From contig NC_042998.1 in assembly GCF_006345805.1 (NCBI RefSeq), forward strand, positions 22,382,001-22,446,000: DNA of 64,000 nucleotides, written 5' to 3'. A program made the translations under genes and the position numbers. The notes under the pieces were generated by a model, which made no database searches, was not told the DNA's origin, and was given only the letters and a program-made list of their open reading frames with translations. The DNA comes from Octopus sinensis (lineage: Eukaryota). Positions 36,164-49,070 of this stretch are shown piece by piece. How positions within the stretch are numbered: the stretch's first letter is position 1; each line of letters begins with the position of its first letter.

Positions 36164-37442
36164 TATCTATATATGTATCTATCTCATTATCTAGCTACGT
36201 ATGTACGGGCGTGCGTGTATGTGTGGTGTGTAGTGTGTGAGTTGTAAAGCTGCTTTCTTAGAACAAGTTATAAAGATAAAGCTTAGATGTAAATGCGTAG
36301 GGGGGGGGCGCAAGAAATCACACACATACACACACACACACATACATGCACACATGCAAACACACTACACATATGTGTGTGTGTACGTGCATGAGAGAGA
36401 GGCAGTGGGTGCTGATCACTCAATCATTATCTCTTTATTCCTTTCAATCGCATGAATTTTTCATCAATTTCTTTTTCTCTTTCTCGTTCTCTCATAAATC
36501 CTTCGTCTCTCTCTTCTCCGGCCACAACTCTCCCTCTCTCTCTCTCTTCCCATTCTCTTTCTCTGAGTCTTTCTATACATCTATTTCCATCATACTCCTT
36601 TCCATCTACTTGTCCTTGTATGTCAATCAGTCTCTCCATCTCTCCAATCTCTCCTTATTTACTCCACGTTTCTCATTCATCAAGGATTTCGTTCTACTCC
36701 TTTCACACACACACACACACACACATCCACACACACACACACTCACACACACACACGCACACATCCACACACACACACACACACTCACACACACACACAC
36801 ACACTTGCACGCACACACACACACATACACACGCGCACACTTCCACGCACACACACACACACACACACACATCCACACACACACACACACACGCACACAC
36901 GCGTTACACACAACTGTTTGATTCTTGCGCATGTCATTCATTTATTTCTATATTTACTTATTTATTAATCTACTTTTGCAGGAATTAAGGCGATGAATGA
37001 ATTAAGTACCACGGCTTAATCTGGAAAGAAGGCGAGATGAAAACACACCAAAACAAAGTAAAAATAGATGGAAGCAGTTAAGTAGCAGCAGCAGCAGCAG
37101 CAGCAGTAGGAGTAGTAGCAGAGGAAAGCCTGTGACAAGAATAACATGTATTATATAGAAAAGAACCCTGTTTTCGTAATACATCCAGCTTGTGTAGCTG
37201 AAATAGAGAATAAGATCAGAAGTGACTAAGAATTGGTAGGTTAGAAATGGTCGTTATAGTCATGAACCAGGCTGAAGATCAAACGAATGTGAATGAAGTG
37301 TATGGTGATGTTTAGCAAGTGGTGAGCAGTATGTAATGGTACAGAGTATAGTAAAGGGAAATAGTGATATGAGACGTTCGTTGTTGTGATGTTAGCAATA
37401 ATGTGGAGAATACAGTAGAGGTTTTAACGTTATATTAGCGAA

Positions 37443-38657
37443 GGGCGGCGAGCTAGCAGAATCGTTAGCACGCCGGGCGAAATGCCGAACGGTATTTTGT
37501 CTGCCATTACGTTCTGGGTTCAAATTCCGCCGAGGTCGACTTTGCCTTTCATCCTTTCGGGGTCGATAAATTAAGTACCAGTTACGCACTGGGGTCGATG
37601 TAATCGACTTAATCCGTTTGTCTATCCTTGTTTGTCCCCTCTGTGAGTAGCCCCTTGTGGGTAGTAAAAGAAATAGGTATTTTGTCTGCCGTTACGTTCT
37701 GGGTTCAAATTCCGCCGAGGTCGACTTTGCCTTTCATCCTTTCGGGGTCGATAAATTAAGGACCAGTTACGCACTGGGGGTCGATATAATCGACTTAATC
37801 CGTTTGTCCTCTCTGTGTTTAGCCCCTTGTGGGCAATAAAGAAATAGGTATGTCGTCTGTCTTAATGTTCTGAGTTCAAATTCCGCCGTGGTCGACTTTG
37901 CCTTTCATCCTTTCGGGGTCGATAAATTAAGAACCAGTTACGCACTGGGGTCAATGTAATCGACTTAATCCGTTTGTCTGTTCCTGTTTGTCCCCTCTGT
38001 GTTTAGCCCCTTGTGGGTAGTAAAGAAAAAAGTATTTTGTCTGCCGTTACGTTCTGAGTCGACTTTGCCTTTCATCCTTTCAGGGTCGATTAAATAAGTA
38101 ACAGTTAATCACTGGGGTCGATGTAATCAACGTAATCCACTTGTCTGTCCTTGTCCGTCCCCTCTATGTTTATCCCCCTGTGGGTAATAAAGAAATAAAT
38201 GTTATATTGGTGGCGAGATGGACGAAACCTTATCGCGTAGGAGAAACAAAATTTTTTAACAACATTTCTTCCGGTTCTTTAATGTTCTGAGTTCAAATTC
38301 CGTCGAGGTCAACTTTGCCTTTTCATTCTTTCGGAGTCGATGAAATAAGTACCAGCTGAACACTGGGGTCGTTGTAATCGACTAGCACTCTTCTCCCAAA
38401 TGGCCTTAGAAAGGATATTTCTGGTCCTGTTGGCGTCGAGCTAGCTGAATCGTTAGCGCGTTGGAGGAGAAATTTTTCGACAGCATTTCTTTCGGCTCTT
38501 TTCGATTTGAGTTCAAATTCCACCGAGGTCAACTTCGCCTTTTATCCTTTCGGGATCGAGAACATATGTACCAGTCAAGTACTGGAGTCGATGTAAACGA
38601 CTACGCCCTTCTTGCATCAAGGTTTCAGGCCTTATGCCTAAAGCAGAAAGGATTTTA
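37443..38657 (+). mobile_element. SINE family A array (4 young units plus 2 older diverged copies)
   Basis: ggcggcgagctagcagaatcgttag head, then repeated units joined at aagaaatag|gtat. Confidence 0.9.
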
Positions 38658-38767
38658 AGCAAAATACTTATAGTAAGGTGTTAAGTTATCGGAGCCCTTA
38701 TATGCATAAGTTTTTGTGCGTGTGTGCATGCTGTTGTTGAATATATATATATGTATATATACAAAGG

Positions 38768-39092
38768 GTTAAGACATCCTTCGGTCATGAATGACCATGG
38801 GATTGCAGCAAGAAAGTTACCCTCCGAGGCACAAGTCCGGGCAAGGTTGTTTTATGAAAGACCAGCAGTCGCCCTCTCCTGTCCACGCCTCCGATGTTAA
38901 CCAAAGGAACGGCAAAGGTTGATATAGCTTGGTACCAGTGATGTCGCAACTCATTCCTACAGCTGAGTGAACTGGATCAATGTGAAATAAGTATCTTGCT
39001 CAAGAACACAACACACAGCCCGGTCTGGGACTCGAACTCACTACCTCGTGTTTGTGAGTCCGACACTTTAACCACTGAGTCATGTACCTTCA
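38768..39092 (-). mobile_element. tRNA-derived SINE, head/core E + tail 4
   Basis: Minus strand gactcagtggttaaagtgtcggactc...gagttcgagtccc...cttgagcaagatacttatttcac...cactcagctgtaggaatgag, then a distinct tail ending caatcccatggtcattcatgaccgaagg. Confidence 0.8.
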
Positions 39093-39365
39093 ATATATAT
39101 ATATGAAGTTAAACGCAGGTGTTATTCAAATTCTTTTACTTCCGACACATGTTTCGAAGATATCACTGGTATTATTCCAAAGGAATAAAATGGTGTAAAA
39201 TAATGTAATCTTCTCTTCATGAGTTACAAGCTTTTTACTACTCTGGTAACTATTTATATATTGCCGTGTTAATTGTTAACAAGGGAAACACACACACACA
39301 CACACACACAACACACACACACCACACACACACACACCACACACACACACATATATATATATATA

Positions 39366-39891
39366 TAAGGTGAGTTATAAGCATTTATAGAACGTGTATC
39401 CTATAGAAACTCAACAAACAATTAAAGACGGAGAAGAGAAAGTGTTAAAAATTTTATAAAATTTTAATCCATGCATACGATCGTTTCGAACGATAAAACT
39501 AACATGTGAGACACATGGTTAGTATTAAAAATTTATTTGATTATAATTAAATTAATTACATATTACCGTTCTCCTCAGTGCGAAAGAAGAATACATCAAA
39601 AAGAATAATACATCAGAAGAATATTATGTTGTTATAGAACACTAGATGGAGTGAGTGTCATATAACATGTTCGGATATTCATAATATGATTATGAAAGAT
39701 AAGAACCTTCTTCGGTAGTGTTGAGTCTAGTTGTGTACGAACTATACCTGATGCGGCTAACGGATATTTGGAAATATAAGTGAAAAATTGTTTACGAAAC
39801 ATTCTCTCTATATGAAGATAGGAAATTAAGTGATATACATTCATATAAAGCATTTATCATAAGAAGTAAAATATAATATATATATATATAT

Positions 39892-39925
<34 letters not shown>

Positions 39926-40445
39926 ATATATATAAGGTGAGTTATAAGCATTTATAGAACGTGTATCCTATAGAAACTCAACAAACAATTAAAGACGGAG
40001 AAGAGAAAGTGTTAAAAATTTTATAAAATTTTAATCCATGCATACGATCGTTCGAACGATAAAACTAACATGTGAGACACATGGTTAGTATTAAAAATTT
40101 ATTTGATTATAATTAAATTAATTACATATTACCGTTCTCCTCAGTGCGAAAGAAGAATACATCAAAAAGAATAATACATCAGAAGAATATTATGTTGTTA
40201 TAGAACACTAGATGGAGTGAGTGTCATATAACATGTTCGGATATTCATAATATGATTATGAAAGATAAGAACCTTCTTCGGTAGTGTTGAGTCTAGTTGT
40301 GTACGAACTATACCTGATGCGGCTAACGGATATTTGGAAATATAAGTGAAAAATTGTTTACGAAACATTCTCTCTATATGAAGATAGGAAATTAAGTGAT
40401 ATACATTCCATATAAAGCATTTATCATAAGAAGTAAAATATAATA
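39366..40445 (-). mobile_element. Tandem of two ~510-bp units (period 567 bp) separated by (TA)n, each with a hammerhead motif; retrozyme/Penelope pLTR-like
   Basis: 39366-39875 and 39934-40445 appear to differ only by single-base homopolymer indels. Confidence 0.75.
39473..39581 (-). ncRNA. Type I hammerhead ribozyme motif with intact core
   Basis: Minus strand GCA-CUGAGGA-GAACG-(long AU-rich loop)-CGUUC-GAAAC-GAUC-GUA/UGC: stem I GCA/UGC, stem II GAACG/CGUUC, 2-bp stem III with palindromic GAUC loop, GUA cleavage triplet. Confidence 0.75.
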
Positions 40446-40446
40446 T

Positions 40447-40477
<31 letters not shown>

Positions 40478-40616
40478 ATAGATATGCATATATATGTGCT
40501 TACATATATAAATGAATAAGCGTCCAATTGGACAGCATAGCTATATCTAAATTTTTATATGGTTTGACAGTTTATGACTGGTATGCAATGGAAATAATGA
40601 AAATAAATTATTGTTG

Positions 40617-40918
40617 TTTGTTCCTTCTCGAGCCACGCCACGCCTCATAAGGACCGGTTTCCCGGTTTCCTTGGCGTATAGGTTCCCCACCTGGACGGGA
40701 CGCCGGTCCGTCGCAGGTGAGCTGCAAGATGCAGGAAGAAAGATTGAGAGAAAGTTATGGCGAAAGAGTCTGCAGAAGTTCGCCATTACCTTCTGCCGGA
40801 ACCGCGTGGAGCTTAGGTGTCTCGCTCATAAACACACACATCGCCCAGTCTGAGATTCGAACCCGCGATCTCTCGACCGCGAGTCCGCTGCTCTAACCAC
40901 TAGGCCATGTGCCTCCAC
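40617..40918 (-). mobile_element. SINE, C-like head + tail 2
   Basis: Minus strand ggaggcacatggcctagtggttagagcagcggactcgcgg...gggttcgaatctc; tail gaaaccgggaaaccggtccttatgag; (aac)n end. Confidence 0.85.
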
Positions 40919-41633
40919 GAAAATAAATTATGGTGTATATTAAAAAAATTGCTTTAAAACTTCCTAGAATAAGAAATACAAGTAGTTAGTATAATTTTAT
41001 ACAAGTTACTTGAAATTCAAATGAAAAAAATTTAAGGATTGTGAGGAGTAACTTAGGTTAATGTAATAAGTCTAAGAGGAAAGACAAAAAAAAAATAAAA
41101 GAAGAATAGTTGTTAATATTACAGAATCGAGAAAGAAAATACTTACTATGGTTTAACATATTGAAAAAAAAAAGAAAAAAAAAAGAAACACGGTCGGTGA
41201 TAAAAGAGTTATTTTTTGAGATATTGAATAAGGTAACAATATAGGGGAGATAGGGCTAAGGTAAATTCGTGAGAATGATTTTTCGAAGAAATACACGTTT
41301 CTATCTTTTAATGTTAACTATGTAAGATATTAAAAAATTACAATATGAATTGAGAATCTAGTTATGGATAAAAGAGATAGAAAACGGTAGTGATATTTAT
41401 AAATAATTTTCTAGCTTCTATAACTTTAATGGTGAAAGTGGATGTAACAAAAAGTGTTTTTTATTATTATGGAGCGAAAAAATAAGTATAATAAAGATAC
41501 GAGAAGTAATTCAAATACATAAATTTCCAATATAAGAGAGGAATATTATTTCAAAATATCTATACATATTTTGCATACTGATGCATTTAAAAGGAACAGA
41601 AACTACGAAATAAGATAATACGATATGTGCATA

Positions 41634-42028
41634 TCTTTATATATAAAAGAGAAGTTGTGTGTCTGTCTCCTACGATTTAGATTCCTAACTACTCCCACAT
41701 TTTGCGGTGCAGTTTAACCAAAACCGGGTATCTTATAGTCGTGATTCATATCGAGCCCGTCTGGGTATTAGCGCGCGTCTACGATGAGTCTACGATTTAA
41801 AAAAAATTTACCATAACTTTTTTCCATTTTAATGCATTTTTTCGCTATTATATAAGGGAAGTAACTCTAAAAATGTCTACGATGAGTCAACGATTTAAAA
41901 AAAAATTTACCATAATTTTTTTTCCATTTTTAATGCATTTTTTTGCTATTTTTTGGCTATAACTCTCTAAAAATGCTTATATAGTTATTTCCCTTACAAA
42001 CCCGAGCAACGCCGGGCGATACTGCTAG
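41634..42028 (+). mobile_element. Non-autonomous Helitron
   Basis: A|TCtttatatataaaa ... cccgagcaacgccggg hairpin, cgatactgCTAG|T; homologous along its length to 49499-49889. Confidence 0.9.
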
Positions 42029-42242
42029 TATATATATATATTTCTTCCACGTCCTCGCGTTGTTGTGTTTTTTTGTGTTTTCTTGTTTGGATTAACTTTA
42101 TATATATATATATATGCATATATACATATCTACATGTATATATACATATATGGGTACAGGACATCAAAAAAAACGTTGAACGCAATGAGAAACGAAGATT
42201 AAAATTGTGCTACATACAAAATTATAAATTTTGTATGTAAAA

Positions 42243-42287
<45 letters not shown>

Positions 42288-43509
42288 GTGTGTGTATTCA
42301 TACATATTCGTACACGCATACATACCTATATATATGCATAAACACACACATTATTGTCTTTGCAGGAGCATTGTGAGCCACATGTTGAAGTGATTGCAGA
42401 GCAACATGAGATGTAGTGTTTTCTTCAAGAACACAAGACCGCTCTATTCGGAAATCAAACTCACGGTCTTGCAATCGTGAGTGCAACACCACCGTAACCA
42501 CTCGGCCACACACACACACTTATGTATACTTTGCTTTGGAATGGTCATTTTGCCAATAGTATCAACGCGCCAGTTATATTTTTCTTTATTTTTATAACCA
42601 TTTAGATTAATCGATTAAATTTTAATTCTGTCAAAGTTCTTTTATCACGGCCTGTGATCTTATCGATAATGTTATGCTCCTCCTACACGTTCTTTGCACT
42701 AAACTCATTGCTCTTTGCCATGTTTTGTGGTAATTTTTATTTGTTCCGTTAGTATTTAGCGCATGTACGTACGTATTTGAGTATGAATGACTTTTATTTG
42801 TGTTGGTGGTGGTGATAGCGATCTATGTGTACTTTCGTATGTGGTGACGAATTGTGTGTATTTTCGTATGGGATGGTCAATAACTGTGTATGCATTACTC
42901 TCGCGTATATCTACGTATCTGTTTAAATATGTGTGTGTTTGAACGACCTGTTTGTGTGTTTTACTGCTTATCATGTTGTCTCCTCCGTTTTGTTTGAAGC
43001 TTGTCATTCATTTTTCTTTTTACTATTTTCTCCCTTCGCATGTGTTGCTAATAAAACGGAGTGGGATGACTCATATCAGATATTTATCGAGGCTTATATT
43101 CATACATACACATATGCGCCTGTACACAGATATGTATAAATGCATGCATGTACGCGTGCATGCATATAAATGCATCCAAGCACCGTAGTCATGCATATAT
43201 TCATGTACGCATGCAAGTATGTATAATATGTTAATCGTTATTTTTGCATTGCGATATTGTACTGTTGTAGATATCTGTTATAGATAATTTTGGATTGGAT
43301 TGTTGCTGCTGTTGTTGTTATTGTGGAGGCTTGTTATTATTCCGTTCACACTTTCTGCTATGGTGTGTGCAGTTTTAGATTATGTCTTCGAACACAAGTG
43401 TGTAGGTGATGTATGTGAATCGTACCTCGATATCGGAATCCCTCACCAACGTCCAATTATAAATTTTCACTTGAAATGCGCAGAGTTTTATAACAGACGA
43501 ATGAATCCA

Positions 43510-44157
43510 TTTTTCTATAGGGACAAACCTTAAAATTTTATGGTGTGGGGGAGGCCAGTCGATTACATAGATCCCAGTGTTCAACTGGTACTTATTTTAT
43601 CGACCCCGAAAGTATGAAAGTAAAAGTCGACCAAGGCAGAATTTGAGCTCAGAAGACGGCTCAGTTGGCAGAAACGTTAGCACGCCGGGCGAAATGCTTA
43701 GCGGTATTTCGTCTGCGTTACGTTGTGAGTTCAAATTCCGCCGAGGTCGACTTTGCCTTTCATCCTTTCGGGGTCGATAAATTAAGTACCAGTTACGCAC
43801 TGGAGTCGATGTAATCGACTTAATACCTATGTCTGTCCTTGTTTGTCCCCTCTATGTTTAGCCCCTTGTGGGTAATAAAGAAATAGGTATTTCGTCTGCC
43901 GTTACGTTCTGAGTTCAAATTCCGCTGAGGCCGACTTTGCCTTTCATCCTTTTGGGGTCGATAAATTAAGTACCAGTTACGCACTGGAGTCGATGTAATC
44001 GACTTAATCCGTTTGTCTGGCCTTGTTTGTCCCCTCTATGTTTAACTCCTTGTTGGCAATAAGGAAATAAGAATTTGAACTCAGAATGTAAGACCAGAAG
44101 AAATGCCGCTAAGCAATTTTTTCTGTGTTCGAACGATTCTGCCAGCTCACCGCCTTA
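43510..44157. mobile_element. SINE A dimer (+, 43655-44069) nested inside a SINE A (-) with a 17-bp TSD
   Basis: agaatttgagctcagaa (43638) and agaatttgaactcagaa (44070) flank the insert. Confidence 0.85.
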
Positions 44158-44995
44158 TAACAATTTCATATATAACACTGAAGCAAAATAAAAGACATTG
44201 ATGACCAAATAATTTGTGCTGTATGTCGTACGTTACTAAAATTCTAGACCAAATGGCTCGGAGGGACGAAAATTTAGAACATTGCCAAATTCAAGACTAA
44301 GTACGAAACAATATGGATGAATAAAATGTCTTGCGTGGGATAACACCGTTTCGTATTAATATGTAAATGCTAAGGTACATTTGCTTTTGTGAGCAGGAAA
44401 TAGCGTGAGGAATACAGCGTAATGTGTGTGGGAAACAGAGTTAGTGAGAAAAGATATAGTGAAGTCTACAATATAGAAACAAAGACCAGAATGAATCCGT
44501 TCAGAATTCATTCTGAACGGAATGACACTGCTTAAGTGTCTGATATGAAAGTATATGGTTAGTTACAGGTGTTGCACTAAAACATGTAGTCAAAAGAGAA
44601 GGTGCTACAATGTAGCATTCATATCTGACCTCCGTTTTCTGATCGCAGACGGCTAGACTCATTCTTTCATAAGCTATGATAGCTGCTAAGACGATACTGC
44701 GTAGGACTTCCGGTGTGTGAGCGTTCAGATCATAGACTGCTGCTGCTGCTACTAATACTAGACACACACACACACACACACACACACGTACATAATACAT
44801 ACATACATACATACATACATACATACATACATACACTGCATGTATTATGACTCGGGCAGATACCCGGGGCGCCATGTGTTACGTGATGCTAAGGAGTGCG
44901 TGATAAAAACAAGGAAATTTCCACAAACGTCAGCTTGTACACGCCAAAGTTCAACTTGTCCGGGACACCAGCAACCTTAGGAGCGGCTCTGCACG

Positions 44996-45030
<35 letters not shown>

Positions 45031-45121
45031 TTATAGAAGTAAATGTAGGATAAGCAAGTTGGACAGATCAATATATAAAGTATATTAAATACATGAAACA
45101 CCAAAAAAAATGAATATATAT

Positions 45122-45293
45122 AGGCGCAGGAGTGGCTGTGTGGTAAGTAGCTTGCTAACCAACCACATGGTTCTGGGTTCAATCCCACTGCGTGGCATCT
45201 TGGGCAAGTGTCTTCTGCTATAGCCCCGGACCGACCAATGCCTTGTGAGTGGATTTGGTAGACGGAAACTGAAAGAAGCCTGTCGTATATATA

Positions 45294-45326
<33 letters not shown>

Positions 45327-45557
45327 AATGTATGTGTGTGTGTGTTTGTGTGTCTGTGTTTGTCCCCTAACATTGCTTGACAACCGATGCTGGTGTGTGT
45401 TTATGTCCCCGTCACTTTGCGGTTCGGCAAAAGAGACCGATATAATAAGTACTGGGCTTACAAAAAATAAGTCTCGGGGTCGATTTGCTCGACTAAAGGC
45501 GGTGCTCCAGCATGGCCGCAGTCAAATGACTGAAAGAAGTAAAAGAGAGTAAAAGAG
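45122..45557 (+). mobile_element. SINE family B, full length
   Basis: ggcgcaggagtggctgtgtggtaag, B box gggttcaatccc, tcttgggcaagtgtcttc, internal (TA)n(TG)n, tail ...gactgaaagaagtaaaagagagtaaaagag. Confidence 0.92.
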
Positions 45558-45777
45558 TATATGTTTACATACAAAAAGGTCTGACTTACACAGAATACAA
45601 ATGATGCTGAGAATTAAAGAGGTTGAAGAAAACTATTGCGAATCCAACAGCTGTTTCAGGAGGGTTGGTGGTCCAAAATAATGTTTATAGACTGATTCCA
45701 TCATAGGAAGAGACGAGTCTCCGTTTTCAGGGAAGAGTTCTTACATTTCAGATATTAAAGGAAAGAAGTTAAAAGAT

Positions 45778-45874
45778 GAATCCCTGAAGACGAAGACTCG
45801 TCTCATCCTACGATAGAATCAATCTACAAACATCATTTAGGACCGCCGAGCTCCCAGAAACAGCTGTTGGGTTC
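45778..45874 (+). ncRNA. Type I hammerhead motif (core intact, stem II degenerate)
   Basis: GAAUCC-CUGAAGA-...-GAAAC-AGCU-GUU/GGGUUC: 6-bp stem I, palindromic AGCU loop III; the left-arm copy has CUGAAAA. Confidence 0.6.
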
Positions 45875-46153
45875 GCAATACTTTTCTTCAACCCCTTTAA
45901 TTTTCTATTCCATTTGTATTTTGTTTAAGTCGGACCTTTTTGTACGTAAACCCATTTACATTTATTGTATTTCGTGTATTTAATATACTTTATATATTGA
46001 CTTGTCTACTTGCTTATCCCTACATTTACCTCTATACCCGTTCAAGTTTAAATCTTTTGAGCATGACGAAGTGTATTCTATACAGAGAATATTTGATTCT
46101 CATCTATGAACCATGCATACATACATGCATACATGCATACATACATACATATA

Positions 46154-47430
46154 CAGGGGTTGGACAAAATGATAAAAATACCTTTCAAACAAATTTATTG
46201 TAATATGGGGTAGGACTGCCTTTGGCAGTAATTACAGCTTGGATTCTACGACGTATGGACTCGTACAAAGTTTGAATTGTTTTCAAATGAATTTTTGTCC
46301 ATTCTTCAGCTAAATCATTGTCCAGTTCTTGTAGTGATGATAGTAGAGGATATCGACTCCTTACTTTTGTTTTTCGAAAATGCACCATAAGTGTTCAATA
46401 ATATTGAGATCTGGGGACTGTGATGGCCAGATAGGATGTTCAACTTCACCAGAATGTTCCTCGTTCTATTCAGTAACAACTTTATCTGTGTGAATTGGTG
46501 CATTATCATCGTGAAAGATTGCGTTTTCCCCTGGAAGCAGTTCTGCAAACAAAGGATGAATCTAATCAGATAAAATGCTTAAATTGACTAGACTATTAAT
46601 TGTACCATAAAGGGAAACCATTGGGCTGAAGGATTTCCAAGATATAGCTCTCCCCCCCTCCCCAGATCATCACAGATCTTCCTCCATGTTTAACAGTTGG
46701 AAGAAGGCAGTCTGGGTCAAATGCTTCTTTTGACTTTCTCCACACGTATACTCGGGTCGGTGGTCAGAAATAAGGTAAAGGATGACTCGTCCGAGAAAAT
46801 AACATTCTTCCACTGCTCTAGTGATCAATTCTGTGGGTTTTTACTTCACTCTAAACGCTTTGCAACTTTTGTTTTTGAAAGTAGTGGTTTTCTGATTGTA
46901 GCCCTCCTGTGAAATCCGGCTTTGTGCAGCTGCCGGCGAACAATTTTTGTAGAAACTGGGTTCTCGAAGTGGCCATTAAGCTCTGCAGTAATTTTGGGAG
47001 CTGTACTTTTGTGATCTTTTCTAACAATTCGCGTAAGAGTCTGACGGTCCCTATCTGAAAGTTTTGGTTTTCTTCCGGAGTTTTGTTTCGACGAGGAAGT
47101 TTTTTCCTCTTTCTCAAAGGCTGGCATTACTTTCGAGATTGTAGTTCTTGATACACCAAACATTTTGGCTGTTTTCGTTACGCTAGCGCCTGCCATACGG
47201 GCACCAACAATTTGACATCTTTGAAAGTTAGATAGATCTGTCATTTTAATGAATTTTAATTACCTTTTTCTGATGAAATCTGAAAAGAAACAGCAATTTT
47301 AGCAAAACATATTAAGCAACACTAACAAGGAATCAAAAAACAAAAATAAACAAGCTTTTGACGGTTTCATAGACATTTCAAAATTATGATGGTATGATGC
47401 CAGGTGTTTCCATTATTTTGTCCAATCCCC

Positions 47431-47432
<2 letters not shown>
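46154..47432 (-). mobile_element. Tc1/mariner (Tc1, DD34E) DNA transposon, full length, inactive
   Basis: TIRs caggggttggacaaaatgat.. / ..attattttgtccaatcccctg with TA on both sides. Confidence 0.95.
46200..47244 (-). pseudogene. Tc1 transposase pseudogene
   Basis: N-terminal HTH (FQRCQIVG...GRKPKLS), then WKNVIFSDES, IFHDDNAP and WPSQSPDLNIIEHLW motifs across stops and frameshifts. Confidence 0.93.
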
Positions 47433-47527
<95 letters not shown>

Positions 47528-48697
47528 GTGTGTGTGTGAGTGTGTGTGTGCAGTGAGCTGGGGAAGAAAGAGACAGTTTATCGTTTTAGGCGGAGCTTAT
47601 TCTTATTTTCCAGGTAGATCCCACAGTCAGGAAAAGAGGCTCTTCTGTATTTTTTCCATATCCTAAAATAGATTCCAGAGACCACCTTCCAACTAAATTA
47701 TGCAAACGAAGTGGGACAGAAAAATAAACAGAAGCAAAAAAAAAAATTTTTTTAAATGCATACTTGAAAGAATATTTATTCCTCTGCAATTTAATGGTAG
47801 CTTGGTTGAACTCATTTCTGTATTTGATTGATAGATTTGGCGTATGCATGTATGCGTGTCTGTGTGGGGTTGTCAGTAGGCTCAAATAAATAAAAACATC
47901 CCTCCATATATCCACCGTTGATTAATGGCGAACATCAATTGCGCTTCGTTTTATTTTATGACAATTATTTTACTGTTGATTATATTTGGCTTTTATTTTT
48001 TTTTGCGTAAAGAAACCTTTAAAACTCTCTCTGTTACGTTTTGTTTTCATTCTACATTTTATGTAAGTCGGTTTAGTGGGATTTTTTTTCCTGTGCATAT
48101 GTGCGTGTATTTATGCGTGTGTTTTTACGGCTGAATGGTAATGCCTTTAAATGGCAATTCGTTTGCAATGAACCTTTTCAGCTTATCAGAATGACGTTCC
48201 AAATTTATTCGTTTACTAAGATTTATCAACGCTAAAGCAATGGCGGACGATAAAAACGATTTTGCTGCAGAGTGAACTGTTTCTTGGCTTCGTTTAAAGA
48301 AGAAAAAAAGCGCTACTTGCATTATCTCTGATCCCTCCTTCCAGAAACAGTTGGAAAGGGTTAATGCAGCTTCGGCTCCTTTAAATTATGATCTCCCATT
48401 GGACCTAGGTCAAATTTGTCTTTCTTCTATCAAGAGGGGATGAAATATCTAAAAGTAATGTAATGGAATCAATCCAATCTACTACATTCCTATAAGGATT
48501 TTATGCTTATTTTTCAAAATTCTTTAGTCTGAAGACGAATAGGGAACTCAGCTGTTGAAGGTTTTCTTGGCATGCTGAGGTTGTAACTGCTTGATCCCAG
48601 GTCAAACCTAACCCAGCAGATTTATGATCAAAAGATTTCTAGCCGTGATCATCCTGTCATTTTATGGCGTTTCTCGAGTTACAATATCCAATATGTG

Positions 48698-49025
48698 TGA
48701 GGGTGCGTGGCTTAGTGGCTTGGAGGAATTTGGCTCACGATCGCAAAGTCGTGAGATCGATTCCCAAAGACGCGTTGTCTCCTTGAGCAAGACGCTATAT
48801 TTTACGTTGCTCCAGTTCACATAGCTGGCGAAAGTGAGTTGTACCTGTAATTCAAAAGGCTGAATGGTAATTGTCACATTCTGAGTCATGCTGAAGCTCT
48901 CTGAGAACTACATTAACGGTACACATATCTGTGGAGTATTCAGCCATTTGCATGTTAATTTCACGAGCAGGCTGCACCATAGACCGGATCAACTGAAACA
49001 CACATCGTTGTATCTGATGGAGCGC
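48698..49025 (+). mobile_element. SINE head/core E + tail 1 (diverged)
   Basis: ggtgcgtggcttagtgg...ccttgagcaagacgct...gtacctgtaattcaaaagg...ctgatggagcg. Confidence 0.8.
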
Positions 49026-49070
49026 CAAATTTTTTATCCAACGTCTCCTGCAGTTTTTAAGACGGTGGAT

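Larger units (their letters stand above)
45032..46036. mobile_element. Fold-back (inverted) pair of hammerhead-bearing ~260-bp repeats; left arm split by SINE B
   Basis: Left arm 45032-45120 + 45558-45733, right arm 45781-46036, diverged reverse complements. Confidence 0.8.

Noticed and set aside
36950-37080. Splice-acceptor-like ttttgcag|G on the plus strand
   Set aside because: No ORF or convincing donor downstream; unsupported without transcript data.
39632-39853. 73-aa ORF repeated at 40198-40527
   Set aside because: No recognisable motif (no GIY-YIG or RT signature); repeated only because the DNA is duplicated.
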